A DNA stretch of 64,000 nucleotides from Minutocellus sp. GHC0000111 (GCA_977018835.1 OZ361260.1:1860001-1924000); one strand, 5' to 3'. Counted from the first letter of the stretch, positions 21,136-33,470 are shown. The notes: a model not told the origin generated them from the sequence alone. Numbers and translations are program-made.

Positions 21136-22300
21136 ATGATGATGAGCAGGTGCCGCAACAATCGATGGATACGACACATTTTCTTGTTATACTCCTTACT
21201 CACCATCTCTTTGCCCGTGCGGGGATTCGGCCAAAGTAGCACAGTCTCGGCCACAACGAAATCGGCCGCTCCTTCCAACGAACGGTGCCTTGATTTCTAT
21301 GGCAGCCTTATATGTGGCGCCATATCACGCTCATTAGCAAAGGTTCTCCTCCATCCCGCAAATACTGCTAAAACTCTAGCCCAGACAAAAGGTAGAGGAC
21401 AAAACAGAGTGATAGCCGAAGCTGCACTGGAAGGATTGTATGTTGCCCAGAGCGGTAGCAGAGTGTTGACAGTACCGCCATCGGGCGGTCGTAAAGTAGT
21501 GACAGCACCACAATCGCTCTCCCCAACGACAGGGAGCGGATTGAAGATTCTCTTCCGTGGTGCAGGAGCCCAATTCATACTATCATCATTTCTTGGCGCG
21601 GCGAATTTTGCTGTACTCGAGCAAACAAGGAAAGCAATGGATTCGGAACGATTTCGGTCAATATTTGCTAAAACGTCGCAAACTCAGAGCAGTGATCAGA
21701 GAGAAAATGCCGTCGCTGGCGCTACAAAAAGATTTTGCTGCCAGCACCGTCGCTACATCTCTTTGCTCCCTATTGAGCATACCACACGCTGTAATTATGG
21801 ATAATATCATGGCGGGAACTCCAGGATTTAAGAATCTTCCACAAGCAATACAAACACTCTCCAGAGGTGGGATGAAGTCATATTACAAAGGAGGATGGGC
21901 GCACGTATTTGGTATGGTGCCAGCCTATGCGATCAGTTGGAGCTGCTTTCAGCATCTGAAGCGTTCCCACTTTCATTACGTTCATCGAGATGCAAGCAAC
22001 AAAGAGAATGCCTTTATGGGTGGCGTTGCGAGTGGTGTTTCTGTGTGCATCCTAATGCCTTACGAAACTGTCAAGACGAGACTAGTCACCGGCTGTCTCC
22101 CCGATGGAATGGGAATCACTGGCGGATTTGCTCACATCATTCGTCAGGAAGGACCGCGGGCTTTGTACAGTGGACTCAAACCAAGGTTGGTGTCGGTGGT
22201 ACCGATGCTCGCTATACAAATGACGCTGTACGAGGCATGCAAAAGAGCTCATATCCACAGGTCTCTGGAGCCTGACCATGGTGATGAAGAAGGAGGCTGA
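21136..22300 (+). pseudogene. SLC25 mitochondrial-carrier-family protein with signal peptide; +1 frameshift in A-run at about 21726-21730
   Basis: HPANTAKT and MPYETVKTRL carrier motifs, IIRQEGPRALYSGLKPRL; the two ORFs join at ATK/DFAAS. Confidence 0.75.
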
Positions 22301-22316
22301 ACTTTATATTGGTCTA

Positions 22317-23177
22317 CTAATTTTCAAAGAATTCATTGAGATCTTTCCCTTTTAGCAATTCTTGTATATCCTCCATCTCTGCGTCCGTGGGGGCGCGCTT
22401 CTCTCCCTTCTCTGGCGTATCTGTAATCTCTGGCTTAGCGGGTGTGCCATCATCATTGCGCCAAGTTCGGAATCCCTCCTCCCCACCCTCATATATTTCT
22501 CCCTGGAATCCAACAAAGCCTGGCTTGATTGCATCTAGTCCCTCCACACCTTCCTCAGGCCGCTTCATCTGTAAAAACTGAACGGTCGGTCGGTTGTAGG
22601 CAACGTCCATCTCCGAATCCCCCGGCGCTGTCCACAATTCCAGCTTTCCGCGGCTTGCGTATAGCTCAATCAGGCGGAGCCTCGCGGCGTGGGTTTCAAT
22701 CAGCGACCATTGCCGCGCCACGGCCTGTTCGGGCGTGACGTCCGATACACGCGCCACTTTGCCGGTGAACCAAAAAACGTCGTCTCCAGGCTTGCGAGAG
22801 TACACGTCCAACGTCATCTCAGGACCACCTGCGGTTCGAATGTCGACGAAGTTGCGATTCTGCCGCCCGATGTTGAACTCGATGTAGCGCATATCTCGTG
22901 GTCCCGGCAGCTCTTCTCCAAAGTCCAGACCACCGTCATCATCGTCATCTTCATCCACGAGATTATCCCACTTGGAGAGGAGCGATGATGTTGGTCTCGA
23001 CGGCGCTATGTTTCGTGGTGATGTTGGTCTTGATGGCGCTATGTTTCGTGCTAGTTGTAATATTGGTGATTTCGAGGGGAGCCGTGGCGTAGAAAATGCC
23101 AAGGAAAGACCTGCTGAAACTATGACCGAGCAGAGGAGAGCGGTGATGGAAGCCGCATTAGGAGTGATGAACAGCAT
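22317..23177 (-). CDS. Plastid-targeted conserved hypothetical protein
   Basis: Signal peptide + SLAFS motif; 33-nt in-frame duplication (RNIAPSRPTS x2) in the transit peptide. Confidence 0.6.
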   Translation of the reverse strand: MLFITPNAASITALLCSVIVSAGLSLAFSTPRLPSKSPILQLARNIAPSRPTSPRNIAPSRPTSSLLSKWDNLVDEDDDDDGGLDFGEELPGPRDMRYIEFNIGRQNRNFVDIRTAGGPEMTLDVYSRKPGDDVFWFTGKVARVSDVTPEQAVARQWSLIETHAARLRLIELYASRGKLELWTAPGDSEMDVAYNRPTVQFLQMKRPEEGVEGLDAIKPGFVGFQGEIYEGGEEGFRTWRNDDGTPAKPEITDTPEKGEKRAPTDAEMEDIQELLKGKDLNEFFEN

Positions 23178-23527
23178 GGTGGACGTGGCACGTGGGCCGG
23201 CACCGTGGGCTGCCGATAGCGATGGGCCGGCTCTGCAAAATGAGTTCGATTGCGGGAGACGGAGGACGGCCATACGTCGCCATTATTTCGTCAGAAAGAA
23301 GCATCAAACTAAAATGCTCGGAGACAAAAGCGCTTTGGTGCCACCACACGTTTTTGTCGAAGTGCATGCAGTCGTTCGAAGCGTTTCGATGTGCTATTGC
23401 CGTTCGCCGCAGTCTACTTTCCTCTTATCTTGGGATAGTCGAGGCCCTCATCGCTGGATGTCCACTACAATCGAAGAATAGCCACCCCTCACCAAGACCT
23501 TTTGATGATCAGTACTCAACCACCATC

Positions 23528-26500
23528 ATGTCATCATGTCGACTATCATCTCTGGCGCTTCTTCTGCTAACAACCTCATCCTTCCTCCTTGTTAGTGAGG
23601 TTACTGCAGCAGGAGCAGCGAACCTTGGTGGAAAAATAGACCCACTCCCACGTCGAAGAGAAAACAAAGGTGCTGATACTGCTGGCGTTGGCTTTGGAGA
23701 AATTGCAGAGGCTCATACAATAGCACCGCTTGCTCACGACGAGAAAGTAGCAGACGAAAACGAAAAAGAACAGACGGAACAGAACCGTCTCCTGCGAAGC
23801 AACATTTTCTACAGAGGTCCACAGAAGCCGAAATACGGTGCCAAGAGATGCTATCGCCTCATCAATCGATCCTGCGGCCAATGTCGTAGATACATTCGCA
23901 AACGAGCAGCCAACTTCAAATGCCAGAGCACCAGCCGATGCAAGCGACAATTTGACTTTTGCATGGCGAAGCGACAGCGCTTCTTTCTGAGAAAATGCGA
24001 ACGATTCGCCAATCGCTGGACAAAGGCCTCCTGCAGTCCTCCCACAAAGCAAATTGGTTTCTTTAGGAGCTTGCCGCAGCTTCCTGTCGGGAGGGGCAAC
24101 TATGCGTCCTGCTCGGCACAGCCCTGGGTCCGTCCCACTTTGCGACCTGTCAATGCCACGACTTCGCAAACCTCCTTTCAGATCACAGCGCAGCTGGATA
24201 TTGTCCAACTTTGTGGCGATTCAGGCGATGTTGCGGGTCAAGTAAAGAAGGCGGTGATTGATCGATTCTCAAACGTTCTAATCGCCACAAAGTGCGCTGC
24301 GTACTTTCAGAACATCAACATTCAAATCAGTTCCGTTTCTGTTGCGTCGAACTGTCCGCAAGAGGATGGAGGAGGAGGAAGAATAAGACGGAAACTTGCA
24401 GGGCAAGAGCAAAGCAGTGATTTGTGCACGATCGATGGAACAACTTGGGGAACAACAACGTGCACAATTGAAATCTATGGGGTCGGCGACGAGCTTGTGG
24501 CGACATACTTTCCGTCGCTAGCTGTGACGAATGACACAAATTCATCCGAGGGCGGAATCCGTATGCTTCAATCTGCTCCGAAAAACTCTGGTGACGGCAG
24601 AGCCCGTTCTCTGCGTGCATCCGCAACTTCTTCGAGGCAACTCATTGATAGCTGTGTCTGTGATCAAAGCCTTGAAGGCATGGTGCCGCCGGAAGATACT
24701 GGTGGAATTCAATGCACCAGAATGATAAGCGATGGGGCGCCTCAGACGGATATGCCAAATTCAGTGCCAACTGCTTCGCCAAGCAGCGGTCCATCGATTC
24801 TAAAATCGCCATCGCCTTCGGGAATGCCATCTACAGCCCCCTCGTCCTGGCCATCTGCAATGCCGAGCATATCTGGAATGCCAAGTATCAGCTCAGAACC
24901 AAGCTCTGCTCCATCAATATCGGCAGCCCCTACGCAATCATCAGCGCCGACGGCCAAGCCAAGCGCAGTGCCAAGCTCACAACCCAGCAACAAGCCCAGT
25001 GCGAACCCATCTCTGAGCGCAATGCCGACAATTAGTACCAAACCCTCAGCATCACCGACCGTATCCGCAGCTCCAACAACATCGCCCAGGCCATCTGGAA
25101 TGCCAAGTAGTAGCCCAAGCTCAATGCCGACTCTCACACATTCCTCCTCGCCCAGTGCCGTACCTTCATCATTTCCAAGCCTTGAACCTTCGAGTGCTCC
25201 AACTTTGATACCAAGTGGTGTTCCCAGCGGTTCGCCGACGTCGGTGCCATCGACTGGGCCTACCACCATGCCATCTGGGGAGCCGAGTGCATCTCCATCC
25301 AGCCAACCAAGTGACAATCCCTCGAGTGGACCATCATCGATGCCAAGTGGCCAACCAAGTTCGAGGCCATCTGCTGCTCCTTCTATCAGTGCCGCTCCAA
25401 CCGTTAGGTAAGGCAATCCGAGAGTGCTGTATGTGTATGTGTGAAATGCAAGCATGATTATATTATTTTCTTTTGTAGAACGTAAAAGCTCACCTAGACG
25501 AACTTCCTCGCGTCAATGCACACATGTAGTCCTCAACCTTCTTTAGCCCCGACGGTGTCTCACGCACCATCGATATCACAGAGGCCAAGTTCATTGCCAT
25601 CGGCTAGTCCCAGTAGTACTCCGTCAGTTTTGCCGTCCACCATCCCATCTGCAGTTCCAACTACAGGCCCAAGTACTTCTCCATCATCGCCTCCTAGCTC
25701 GGTCCCATCTGTCCAACCCTCTTCGCCTCCTTCGATGAGTGCTGCACCGTCCGTTTCGATGAAGCCTAGCTCGGCACCGACCATGTCTGCGAAACCATCC
25801 GTATCCTTTTCTCCGTCAAGTCTGCCGAGTATATCTCCCTCAGACGTGCCTTCGTTGTTGCCAAGTGCAGATCCCAGCACGATGCCATCATCCACTCCAT
25901 GAATGAAACCGTCAGTCCTACCCTCGACTGTTCCCAGTGATCGACCTTCGTCTAGACCTTCGTCGAGTCCTTCTCTACTGCCCTCAAAATCACCAACCAA
26001 TGGACCTACGATGTCAAATATGCAGTCATTTCACTACCAACCAAGTTCGTCTCCGTCCCTTAGTCTAGAGCCGTCAGTTTCACCTAGTTCAATGCCCAGT
26101 TGCTCTCCCAGTGGTGTGCCGACTTTGGTACCTAGTGCCAATCCATCAGCTTTGCCGAGCATATCCCCTTCGTCTAAACCAACGGTAACGGCATCCGCCT
26201 CGCCTTCCAGATCGCATAGTCCAACGGACTTGGCGTCAGCTCCTCCATCTACCGCTTTTCAGGGCGAACTAGCCAAAACGAAGGCTGAGTTGGACGCTAA
26301 ACTGAAGCAACTCGAAGAACTTTTGAAGAATTTGACGCCGACGAGGTCACCGGCACCGTCCGTATCGCCGGCACCGTCATTGTCCGTGGCCCCAACGCAG
26401 TGCATTGCTGGTTTAGGATCGTCATGTACAGATGATGGACTTGCGTGTTGCGTCCATCCCAAGAATGACGAATATTCTGCCCAAACTCATGTCTCGGATC

Positions 26501-26685
26501 TTAGCAATAGCGTCACGTGCGAGGCAACCTCTTCCAACTTTGGAGGAGGAGCAGACTCGAAGAGGTGCTGCATTGCAAATAACATGCCTTGTTCTTACGA
26601 GGAAGATGGATGCTGCAACGGCCAGTGTAGTTTTGTGAATGGAAGTGGGATCAGCGAGTTTAGATGCGTCGTTGGTAGTCCGTAA
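23528..26685 (+). pseudogene. Secreted mucin-like PSxx-repeat protein with RxL sites and Cys-rich ends; intron 25408-25529; in-frame TGA at 25900-25902
   Basis: Signal peptide; RLL, RKL, RML, RSL and RQL motifs; long P/S/T tetrapeptide repeats; C-terminal Cys-rich module; AG|gtaagg...tgtag|T splices in frame. Confidence 0.75.
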
Positions 26686-26891
26686 CAGAGATGGAATACA
26701 CATAATGCATGTAATAAGTAGCAGGGGCTCCTTCTGTATATACTAGTACATGTACCGGTAGACAATAAATACACTTGCTGTAGAAATGTACATGTTATGA
26801 TAACTATTTTTGATATGCAATGCATATTCAATTATGTTTCTAAAGCTGCGGAAATATCGATCCATTTATTGCTCATCCTTGGAAAATTTAC

Positions 26892-27524
26892 CTACTCATC
26901 GTCGACGCTCTCCATCTGAATATCATCTCTTTTCATCAATTCCAGCTTAGACAATTCTGCCATCTCGCCTCCAGCTAGCTCCATTACCTCGTGAAACAAT
27001 GGTTTCGGGAGAGCCTTGCACTGCTTCAACGCCAACGCTCGCGAACAGGCAATGGGCTGATACTTGCCCAGGACACACTCGAGGTCGAGCCTGCCGTCCA
27101 AGTATCGGTGCTTTCCAACAAAAAACCGAAAATCCGACGGCGAATGCATGCCCTGCATGATGGAGTGAACGGCTGCCTCGATCGACTCGCGATGGCCTAG
27201 GTAGATCCCCGTATTGGGAGCAATCTCCTTGCTTCCCTTGAGGTCGGCAATGCCATGGACGATGCAGGCAGATTTCTCCAACTCGTCTGGCCCGCCTAGG
27301 TAGCAGTAAATTTCCTTGTCAAAGGCGATGCTGAACTTGACCAAGAGTTCCAACTCTTCGGAGCCCAAATCATTCCTATAGGCTCCAAACAAAATGAATC
27401 GGGCTATGCTATCCGACAGAGAAAACGCCATCGGCCTGTTCAGTACGAGAGTCGATGCCGTGCCATTCTCCTCATTATTCTTCTCTGCCACAAGACACAC
27501 CTCCTGAAACTTTGGACAGGCCAT
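26892..27524 (-). CDS. DUF179 (AlgH/YqgE-like) protein; 5' part not found, abuts a repeat relic
   Basis: LVLNRP, YLGGPD, IVHG, DFRFFVG motifs. Confidence 0.65.
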   Translation of the reverse strand: MACPKFQEVCLVAEKNNEENGTASTLVLNRPMAFSLSDSIARFILFGAYRNDLGSEELELLVKFSIAFDKEIYCYLGGPDELEKSACIVHGIADLKGSKEIAPNTGIYLGHRESIEAAVHSIMQGMHSPSDFRFFVGKHRYLDGRLDLECVLGKYQPIACSRALALKQCKALPKPLFHEVMELAGGEMAELSKLELMKRDDIQMESVDDE

Positions 27525-27619
27525 TGTGAATTGTGAATTGTGATCTGTCTGTCTGTCATCCGGTCCTGAGCCATCATTTTTCCCGGATTATAAAAAGCTT
27601 TCCCCTCTACACTTACATT

Positions 27620-29450
27620 TTCACATGCTTGTTTCGCACTTGTTTTTGGCAGTTCAGACCTCACTTTGCATGTTTGCCTCGTCGCCATTGCCCACTCTTT
27701 CACTGCACACATGCCTGCCAGCCAGAGCCATGATTGATTGAACATGATCTTGCCATCGTCGTCGTCGTCGCCAGTGATGTGCACGGCCGCCTCCCATCGC
27801 GGCAGCGGCCGCCGCTGCTCGTTCTTCTGGCTCACACTCTGTCCGCTCTGGGGGCCCTCCTCGCTCCAGTCGAGCGCATGCTGCCGCCTCGGTCACTCCA
27901 TCGTGGCGCATGGTTCGCTTTTTGTTGAGTTGAGCTCAACGACGAGCTTCCAGCTCTCCCTCCTTGCCGGGCATTCCACCTCCGCTTCCAACACCACTCC
28001 TCACCCGGGGCGACGATGGGCGGCGCCGTCGTCGCCATGCCCGTCACCATGGTGGCCGTTGTTTTGCCACTAGTGCGTTCGCACCAGCTTCGGCCAAGAC
28101 CTCGGATGCGAGACCAACACTGATGCATGGGGAGTTGGTCCAGCTTTAGGTGAGCCGCTCGACCCAAAATCTGGACATTCGCCGGAAATGTTTTCAACGC
28201 GGCGAAGCGTGGGAAAACGCGAAATTCGCCGTCCGGCCAACGTTTGCCCCCAAGAATCTCTGGAATGAATGGGAGAATCGAGAATTCTGAGCAAATGCCA
28301 CACATCTAGACACCCTGTAGAAATGTGGCATCGAAGGCGCAGCTCAAAAATTCCAAGCACAACATGTGTTTGGTGGGGGCAAAGTTTCACGAGAAAACGA
28401 CGACACGCCGGACGAAATTTTTTCTCTCATTGGCGGCCGACTCCGGGGCGGATACGAATCAAAAACACAACAATCAATCAACCAAACAAACATTTTCATG
28501 CACATCTCAGGCGTGTGTCTCTGCAATTCTGGGTCGATTGGGCGACTGTGGCTCTCTTGGTATCACTTCTTATCCGCGGCCCTTTTTCGCGCGCACACTC
28601 AAACACAGGTTGATTGTTTTGAATTACATTTTCTCATGCAACAACAGTCCAATGAAGCTGAAACTTTCGCATGAGTAGCGCAGTGGCATCGGCCAGCCTC
28701 GAGAATGCCCATGTCTTACCTTGCAAATGTGTAGCGGTCAGGAGCGGGGGTCACCATGGTGAGCTTCGTTCGGGAGAAAAAATGGATGAACGACGGTCTT
28801 TCCGTCGTCCGTCGAGGGCCCGACAACGCGAGCGAAGTTAGCAAAATCTCCAATGTCCTGAAGTGCCTCACCTAAAATGGGACCAACTCAAAAACAACCA
28901 TGGGGACCAACTCTGGGAAATGAATGCAGAAGCCATTGGTGACTTGGCCAAGTCGCTAGGACCATCGCTGGCGGCAAACACAACAACGAGGAGAGGATGA
29001 GGATGGAGATGAGGACAGTGACGAGAACTCGCCGCGCACAACAAGATGGATGGCAGTGTGGCAACGGACAGGAGGAGTCCTCCTCCTGTCAGGAGGATGA
29101 CGACGAAGAGGAAGACTCCAAACACGTGAAGAACTTGCCCGATGCCAAGTGGACCAAGATTGACGAGAGACTGAAGTCAGAGTGGCTGGCAGGAAGTCCT
29201 CCGAACGAAGCAAAAAAGCCATGTTTTGCAGGAACACGGCAAGAGTCAACAAAAAGCGCCGAGACAAGGCATCGCTGGCCCTGGTCGTGGCGGTGGCTTC
29301 GAAACACATCCACAAGCACACTCGCGATTTGGTCGATGAAGAGGAGTGCGACGAGTGCGACGGAGTGTGCTTTCGCTGCTGCCCCGCAACTCGATGAATT
29401 TGTCCAGAGAGAGACAAAAAGGTGCTCCACAGTCCATTGCGGAATCCACT
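27620..29450. mobile_element. Degenerate TpA-depleted repeat relic hosting a MITE
   Basis: By eye, about 1 TpA in 27621-28130 and about 1 in 28914-29450; broken His/Cys-rich reading frames. Boundaries approximate. Confidence 0.5.
28132..28913 (+). mobile_element. Non-autonomous GAG-ended TIR element (Sola2-like), TGGG TSD, with duplicated right end
   Basis: Left GAGTTGGTCCAGCTTTAGGTGAG; inner right CTCACCTAAAATGGGACCAACTC (ends 28889); outer GGACCAACTC (ends 28913); TGGG at 28128-28131 and 28914-28917. Confidence 0.85.
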
Positions 29451-29982
29451 CCGTAACAGTTTACTAGCTAGTGTTGTTTTTGATTACACAGCAAACAGAT
29501 CCAATCTGATAACAGTGTAGAACAGCATCGAGAGAGCCTCACTTTTGCTGGCGCAGCTCTCATCACACCCTTTGATGGCGGCGGCACACTCAAGAAGCCG
29601 GACAGTCGCGATGCCAACACCGGAGTTGACGATGCTGGACACATGTGCAGGGGGAGCATCACCCTTGCTACCGATGCGCAGTAGATCTGCATTGACTCTC
29701 TGCTACGTAGAAGCTTCTACACACATGTGCCAATGGTGCCGTGCTACCTAGGCACGGTGGGTGTGCCGGAGCCTGTCGCCCTGACTCTTGGCCATGTAAA
29801 GTATAAATGCCTTATCTTGATTTGATTTGGTAGGTCGAGTCAGGCCATTTTGTCATTTCGTCATCAGTTCTCAAAATCTCGCGATGAAATCGTATTTTAG
29901 GAAGACCACGAGAATGCCGTTCTGAAATTACATTGCAAGAACTGCAGAACGTCAGGAAACTCCAAGGTGAACAACTAGGCCG

Positions 29983-31539
29983 TTGTTCATCCCTTTCCTC
30001 CTTTATTTCCTCTCCGTGCCACTGCTTGTCTCGTCATTTACAAGACGCGCCTTTGTCCAGCCGCGCATTCCGCCACGAGATGTCTGTACAATGTGTCATT
30101 TACAATCCGCGCCATTGTCCAGCCGCGCATTCCGCCACGACAACGATGACGACGCCATCCTCATTGTGGACCCAGTCACGGAGTGGCGGGAAGTCCTTGG
30201 CGCAGCGAAGGAGAAGGGGATGAAATCAATCGCCATGATTTGCAATCCTTTGACCAGCCGTGGGGATATTGCTCAATTCATACCAACACCATCCGTCCTG
30301 GAAAAGGCGGGATTTGACTACGTCGTCGCTAGTCAAGTTGAGAGGCAGGATAGTCATGTGTACACTGGCCTTGATGTCTACGCTGCCGCTCAGAGGGTTA
30401 AACAACTGGAGAGGGGAGAGAACATTACTGTCCGCGGCGTTGTGCCTCTCAGTGAGACTGGTGTGGAGTATAGCGATCTGCTCTCAGCCATGCTTGGTAT
30501 CTCTTCTCACAATTCTTTGGACAAAGTGTTGGCAAGGAGAGACAAGGCGCTAATGAAGGAAGCTGTTGGCCGCGAGGGTCTTCGCGTTGCAAAATTTTCC
30601 AGAATATCCAATCCAAACGACTTCTCAAAGGTTGTAAGGTCTGCGGGAATTGATTATCCTATCGTCATAAAAACTCCGCAGGGCTTTTCTTCAACGGATG
30701 TTTTCATCTGCAGAGATGAAACAGTTGCGAAATCTGCTCTGACCACAATACTCGATAGCTCAGGAAATGGGCCTGATTGTAGACCTGTGACTTTTGCCCT
30801 CGCCGAGGAATACATTCGTGGAGAAGAATTGGCAGTGAATGTTATTGCCTCTGCTGGTGAGGTGACGTGCACCGACATTTGGCTTTATCACAAGACAATA
30901 TCAGATGGTGACAGCGGAAGTCCAATATACGATCGTGCCGACATGATGGATCCGACTGACAGTCGGCTAGCGTTTGTGGTAGAGTATGCCATTCAGGTTG
31001 CACGGGCTGTGGGGATAATGTATGGGGCGGGACACATCGAACTCAAAGCGGACTACAGTTCTGACTCAAATCGCTACGTGAATCCATGTCTCATCGAAGT
31101 AGGCGCTCGGCTCTCTGGGGGGAGGAAAGCGAGTTTGAGTGCAGAGGTGATTAGTGAATGGGATCCTTTTCGGGCCCTGATCGATTCGCACACTGGCAAT
31201 GTCATTAATTTACCAAAAAGCTTTTCTATCGGAGATAAAGTGGCATCACATCTATTCTTGCATAACACCAAGTCTAGCGTGGTCACATCGATCGAGGGGA
31301 CCGAGGACATTGCCTCTTTGAGAACGCACTTCGCGCATTCCATCTTGACAAAGGTGGGCGACAGAGTAGAACCAACAAGCGATATAACAACGTCCGCTGG
31401 ATTTGTGTGGCTTGTTGGCTCGAGGAAAGAGATTGAGAAGGATAGTGATACAATCAAAAGAGCATTTCATGTGACTGTAGAGAATTCGCATGGTGATCAT
31501 TTCGGATGTTTCTCTCCTAAGGTGAGTCAAGATCTGTAG
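29983..31539 (+). CDS. ATP-grasp carboxylate-amine ligase-like protein (start codon unclear)
   Basis: ARRDKALMKE, YPIVIKTPQG, EEYIRGEE, GAGHIE, LIEVGARLSGG; the signal-peptide-like N-terminus lacks an in-frame ATG. Confidence 0.75.
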   Translation: MFIPFLLYFLSVPLLVSSFTRRAFVQPRIPPRDVCTMCHLQSAPLSSRAFRHDNDDDAILIVDPVTEWREVLGAAKEKGMKSIAMICNPLTSRGDIAQFIPTPSVLEKAGFDYVVASQVERQDSHVYTGLDVYAAAQRVKQLERGENITVRGVVPLSETGVEYSDLLSAMLGISSHNSLDKVLARRDKALMKEAVGREGLRVAKFSRISNPNDFSKVVRSAGIDYPIVIKTPQGFSSTDVFICRDETVAKSALTTILDSSGNGPDCRPVTFALAEEYIRGEELAVNVIASAGEVTCTDIWLYHKTISDGDSGSPIYDRADMMDPTDSRLAFVVEYAIQVARAVGIMYGAGHIELKADYSSDSNRYVNPCLIEVGARLSGGRKASLSAEVISEWDPFRALIDSHTGNVINLPKSFSIGDKVASHLFLHNTKSSVVTSIEGTEDIASLRTHFAHSILTKVGDRVEPTSDITTSAGFVWLVGSRKEIEKDSDTIKRAFHVTVENSHGDHFGCFSPKVSQDL

Positions 31540-31846
31540 CAGTGGTGGCGGCTTGGTTCATGTGAAGGAGGAGGCTTTCCTTGCAAAATGCCATGGGTCA
31601 AATACGACAGGCCTGGCCGAGGGCAAATCCAAACCTTGCCTTTATCGCGTCGCTGCACGCGATCGAAGCCAGCGAAAAAGACCAATAGAGGGCTATAGTT
31701 CGAGTGGGTAAAAGATAGCATATTTAATATGCAATAGTAGCGCGTTAGTTCCTAGTAGCAAAGTAGCTAGCGAATAACAGGGCCAGCACCTCAGCCAAGC
31801 TGCTGTAGTGCTGAAAGCTGTAGTAGCTGCGTACATGAACGGAGCT

Positions 31847-32308
31847 TTACTCAAAGATTCCCTTTAGTCGATCGGCGTCCCGCTTCTTCTTTTCGGCCGC
31901 GCGACGCTTGGTCTCCTCCTCCATTGCCTTCCTCTCGGCCATCTTGGCTTCCTTGGCAGCCTGCCTCGCTTCCTCCGCCTTTTTCATGGCCTCGTTCTGC
32001 TTCGATTCTTCACTGGTATCAGCTTTCACGTTGAGAATTGCCTCATTGCCGTCTCCGAATCCGCCGGTGTTCTTCAAGCTGGACTCGTACGAGGGGAGCG
32101 AAAAATCGAGACTCTCTTCCGCGATGGCTGGGGCAGCGCCCGATACGGCGAGTCCCCCAACGAGTGCCGCCGCCTTGGCAAAGGATTCTCTTCGAGACAT
32201 GGCGCCGAGGGCAGTACTGGTGGTGGTACGAGATGCAGTGGTGCTGGGAGAGAATGCGTCGGCACCGACAGCAAAGGCCACGGCCACTATCGAAATAGAG
32301 CACTTCAT
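31847..32308 (-). CDS. Small plastid (probably thylakoid-lumen) protein
   Basis: Signal peptide + ADAF, then twin-Arg SRRESF, hydrophobic stretch and AIA site; coiled-coil tail. Confidence 0.7.
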   Translation of the reverse strand: MKCSISIVAVAFAVGADAFSPSTTASRTTTSTALGAMSRRESFAKAAALVGGLAVSGAAPAIAEESLDFSLPSYESSLKNTGGFGDGNEAILNVKADTSEESKQNEAMKKAEEARQAAKEAKMAERKAMEEETKRRAAEKKKRDADRLKGIFE

Positions 32309-32607
32309 CTTTTGCGGTGTAACTTGGCGGTGAGGTTGAAAGGGTTATGACGGGGTTGTGATGCAGTAGTGGTACATGTATGAGCAGGTACGGCCTGATC
32401 TGACTTCTGACCTGGCTCGTCGCATGATGTGGCGGTTTGCCAATCCAAGTCGAGCGCCGTCGACTTTCTGTCATAAGGAAAGTCTCAATCAATCATAAGT
32501 CTGCTTGCGTATTATTATTGTCGGTAAGAGGCAAATTGAGCGATCGTCATTGACTTGTCGAGCGAACAACTTCTGAGCGAGGAATGTACCGGTAGGAATA
32601 CATAACA

Positions 32608-33228
32608 ATGAGACTCTCCTACTTCGTTGGTATTTTGCTGTCCGCGGAGGCATTCCAATCATTCCAATCATCAGCAGCACCGAAACGACGACAACACCTT
32701 CATCACTGTCGACCAGTCGATGCAGTTCGTGCTACATCTGAAAGCACCGCACTCCATATGGAGCCGGCTGCGATTGCTGCAGGCTCTGTCGTGGCCGCCG
32801 GGGCTGCTGCCATATGGCTGAATGGGGCAGAGAATCGACGTTGGAGAGCGCAATTGGCTGAAAATGAGCAAAAAGAGCGCGAAGTTCAAGAGCGACGAGC
32901 GAAACTTGCCTACATCGAACCGGAAGATTTCTGGTCAGAAGAAGAGTTGCGACAATATGACGGCAGAGATCCTGACGGGCCCATACTTTTAGCAGTAGAC
33001 GGGACAGTTTTCAACGTTTACAAGGGCCGCAATTTTTACGGCAAAGGAGGCGAGTATTCAATAATGGCTGGACGCGATGCGACGCGATTATTAGCACGAA
33101 CTTCTTTGGAGGAAGAAACGGAAGAGGAGAAGAAGAAGCCTCTAACGATTGCCGAGAAAGCCGCATTAGAAGGGTGGTACTGGACCTTCAAGAACAAGTA
33201 TGATGTCGTGGGACAATTGGAACGCTAG
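32608..33228 (+). CDS. Cytochrome b5-like heme/steroid-binding (MAPR) protein, plastid-targeted
   Basis: ELRQYDG...ILLAVDGTVFNVYKGRNFYG...AGRDATRLLA...KYDVVG; AEAF presequence. Confidence 0.85.
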   Translation: MRLSYFVGILLSAEAFQSFQSSAAPKRRQHLHHCRPVDAVRATSESTALHMEPAAIAAGSVVAAGAAAIWLNGAENRRWRAQLAENEQKEREVQERRAKLAYIEPEDFWSEEELRQYDGRDPDGPILLAVDGTVFNVYKGRNFYGKGGEYSIMAGRDATRLLARTSLEEETEEEKKKPLTIAEKAALEGWYWTFKNKYDVVGQLER

Positions 33229-33470
33229 CTATTTCTGGTGGGGGATATCATGGTACTGGTACCGGTACTGGGTAAGTGTAACAACCTACCTTCGAGCTAG
33301 CTAAGTAGCCATCTTTCATCTTACGCGAGGCCGGTTCATCGAAAGGCTACAATGCCTACATGCACTAGTAGCGCAATTTTTGAAAGCTGGCTAAAGAAAA
33401 ATTAATTTCACTTGGAACATTGCGTTGGGTTCACTTGCTTGCTGGAGTGGCACAACAGTGGCTGGTCCAT

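Noticed and set aside
24742..26000. Antisense Gly-rich ORFs (237 aa, 146 aa)
   Set aside because: Shadow frames of the PSxx repeat.
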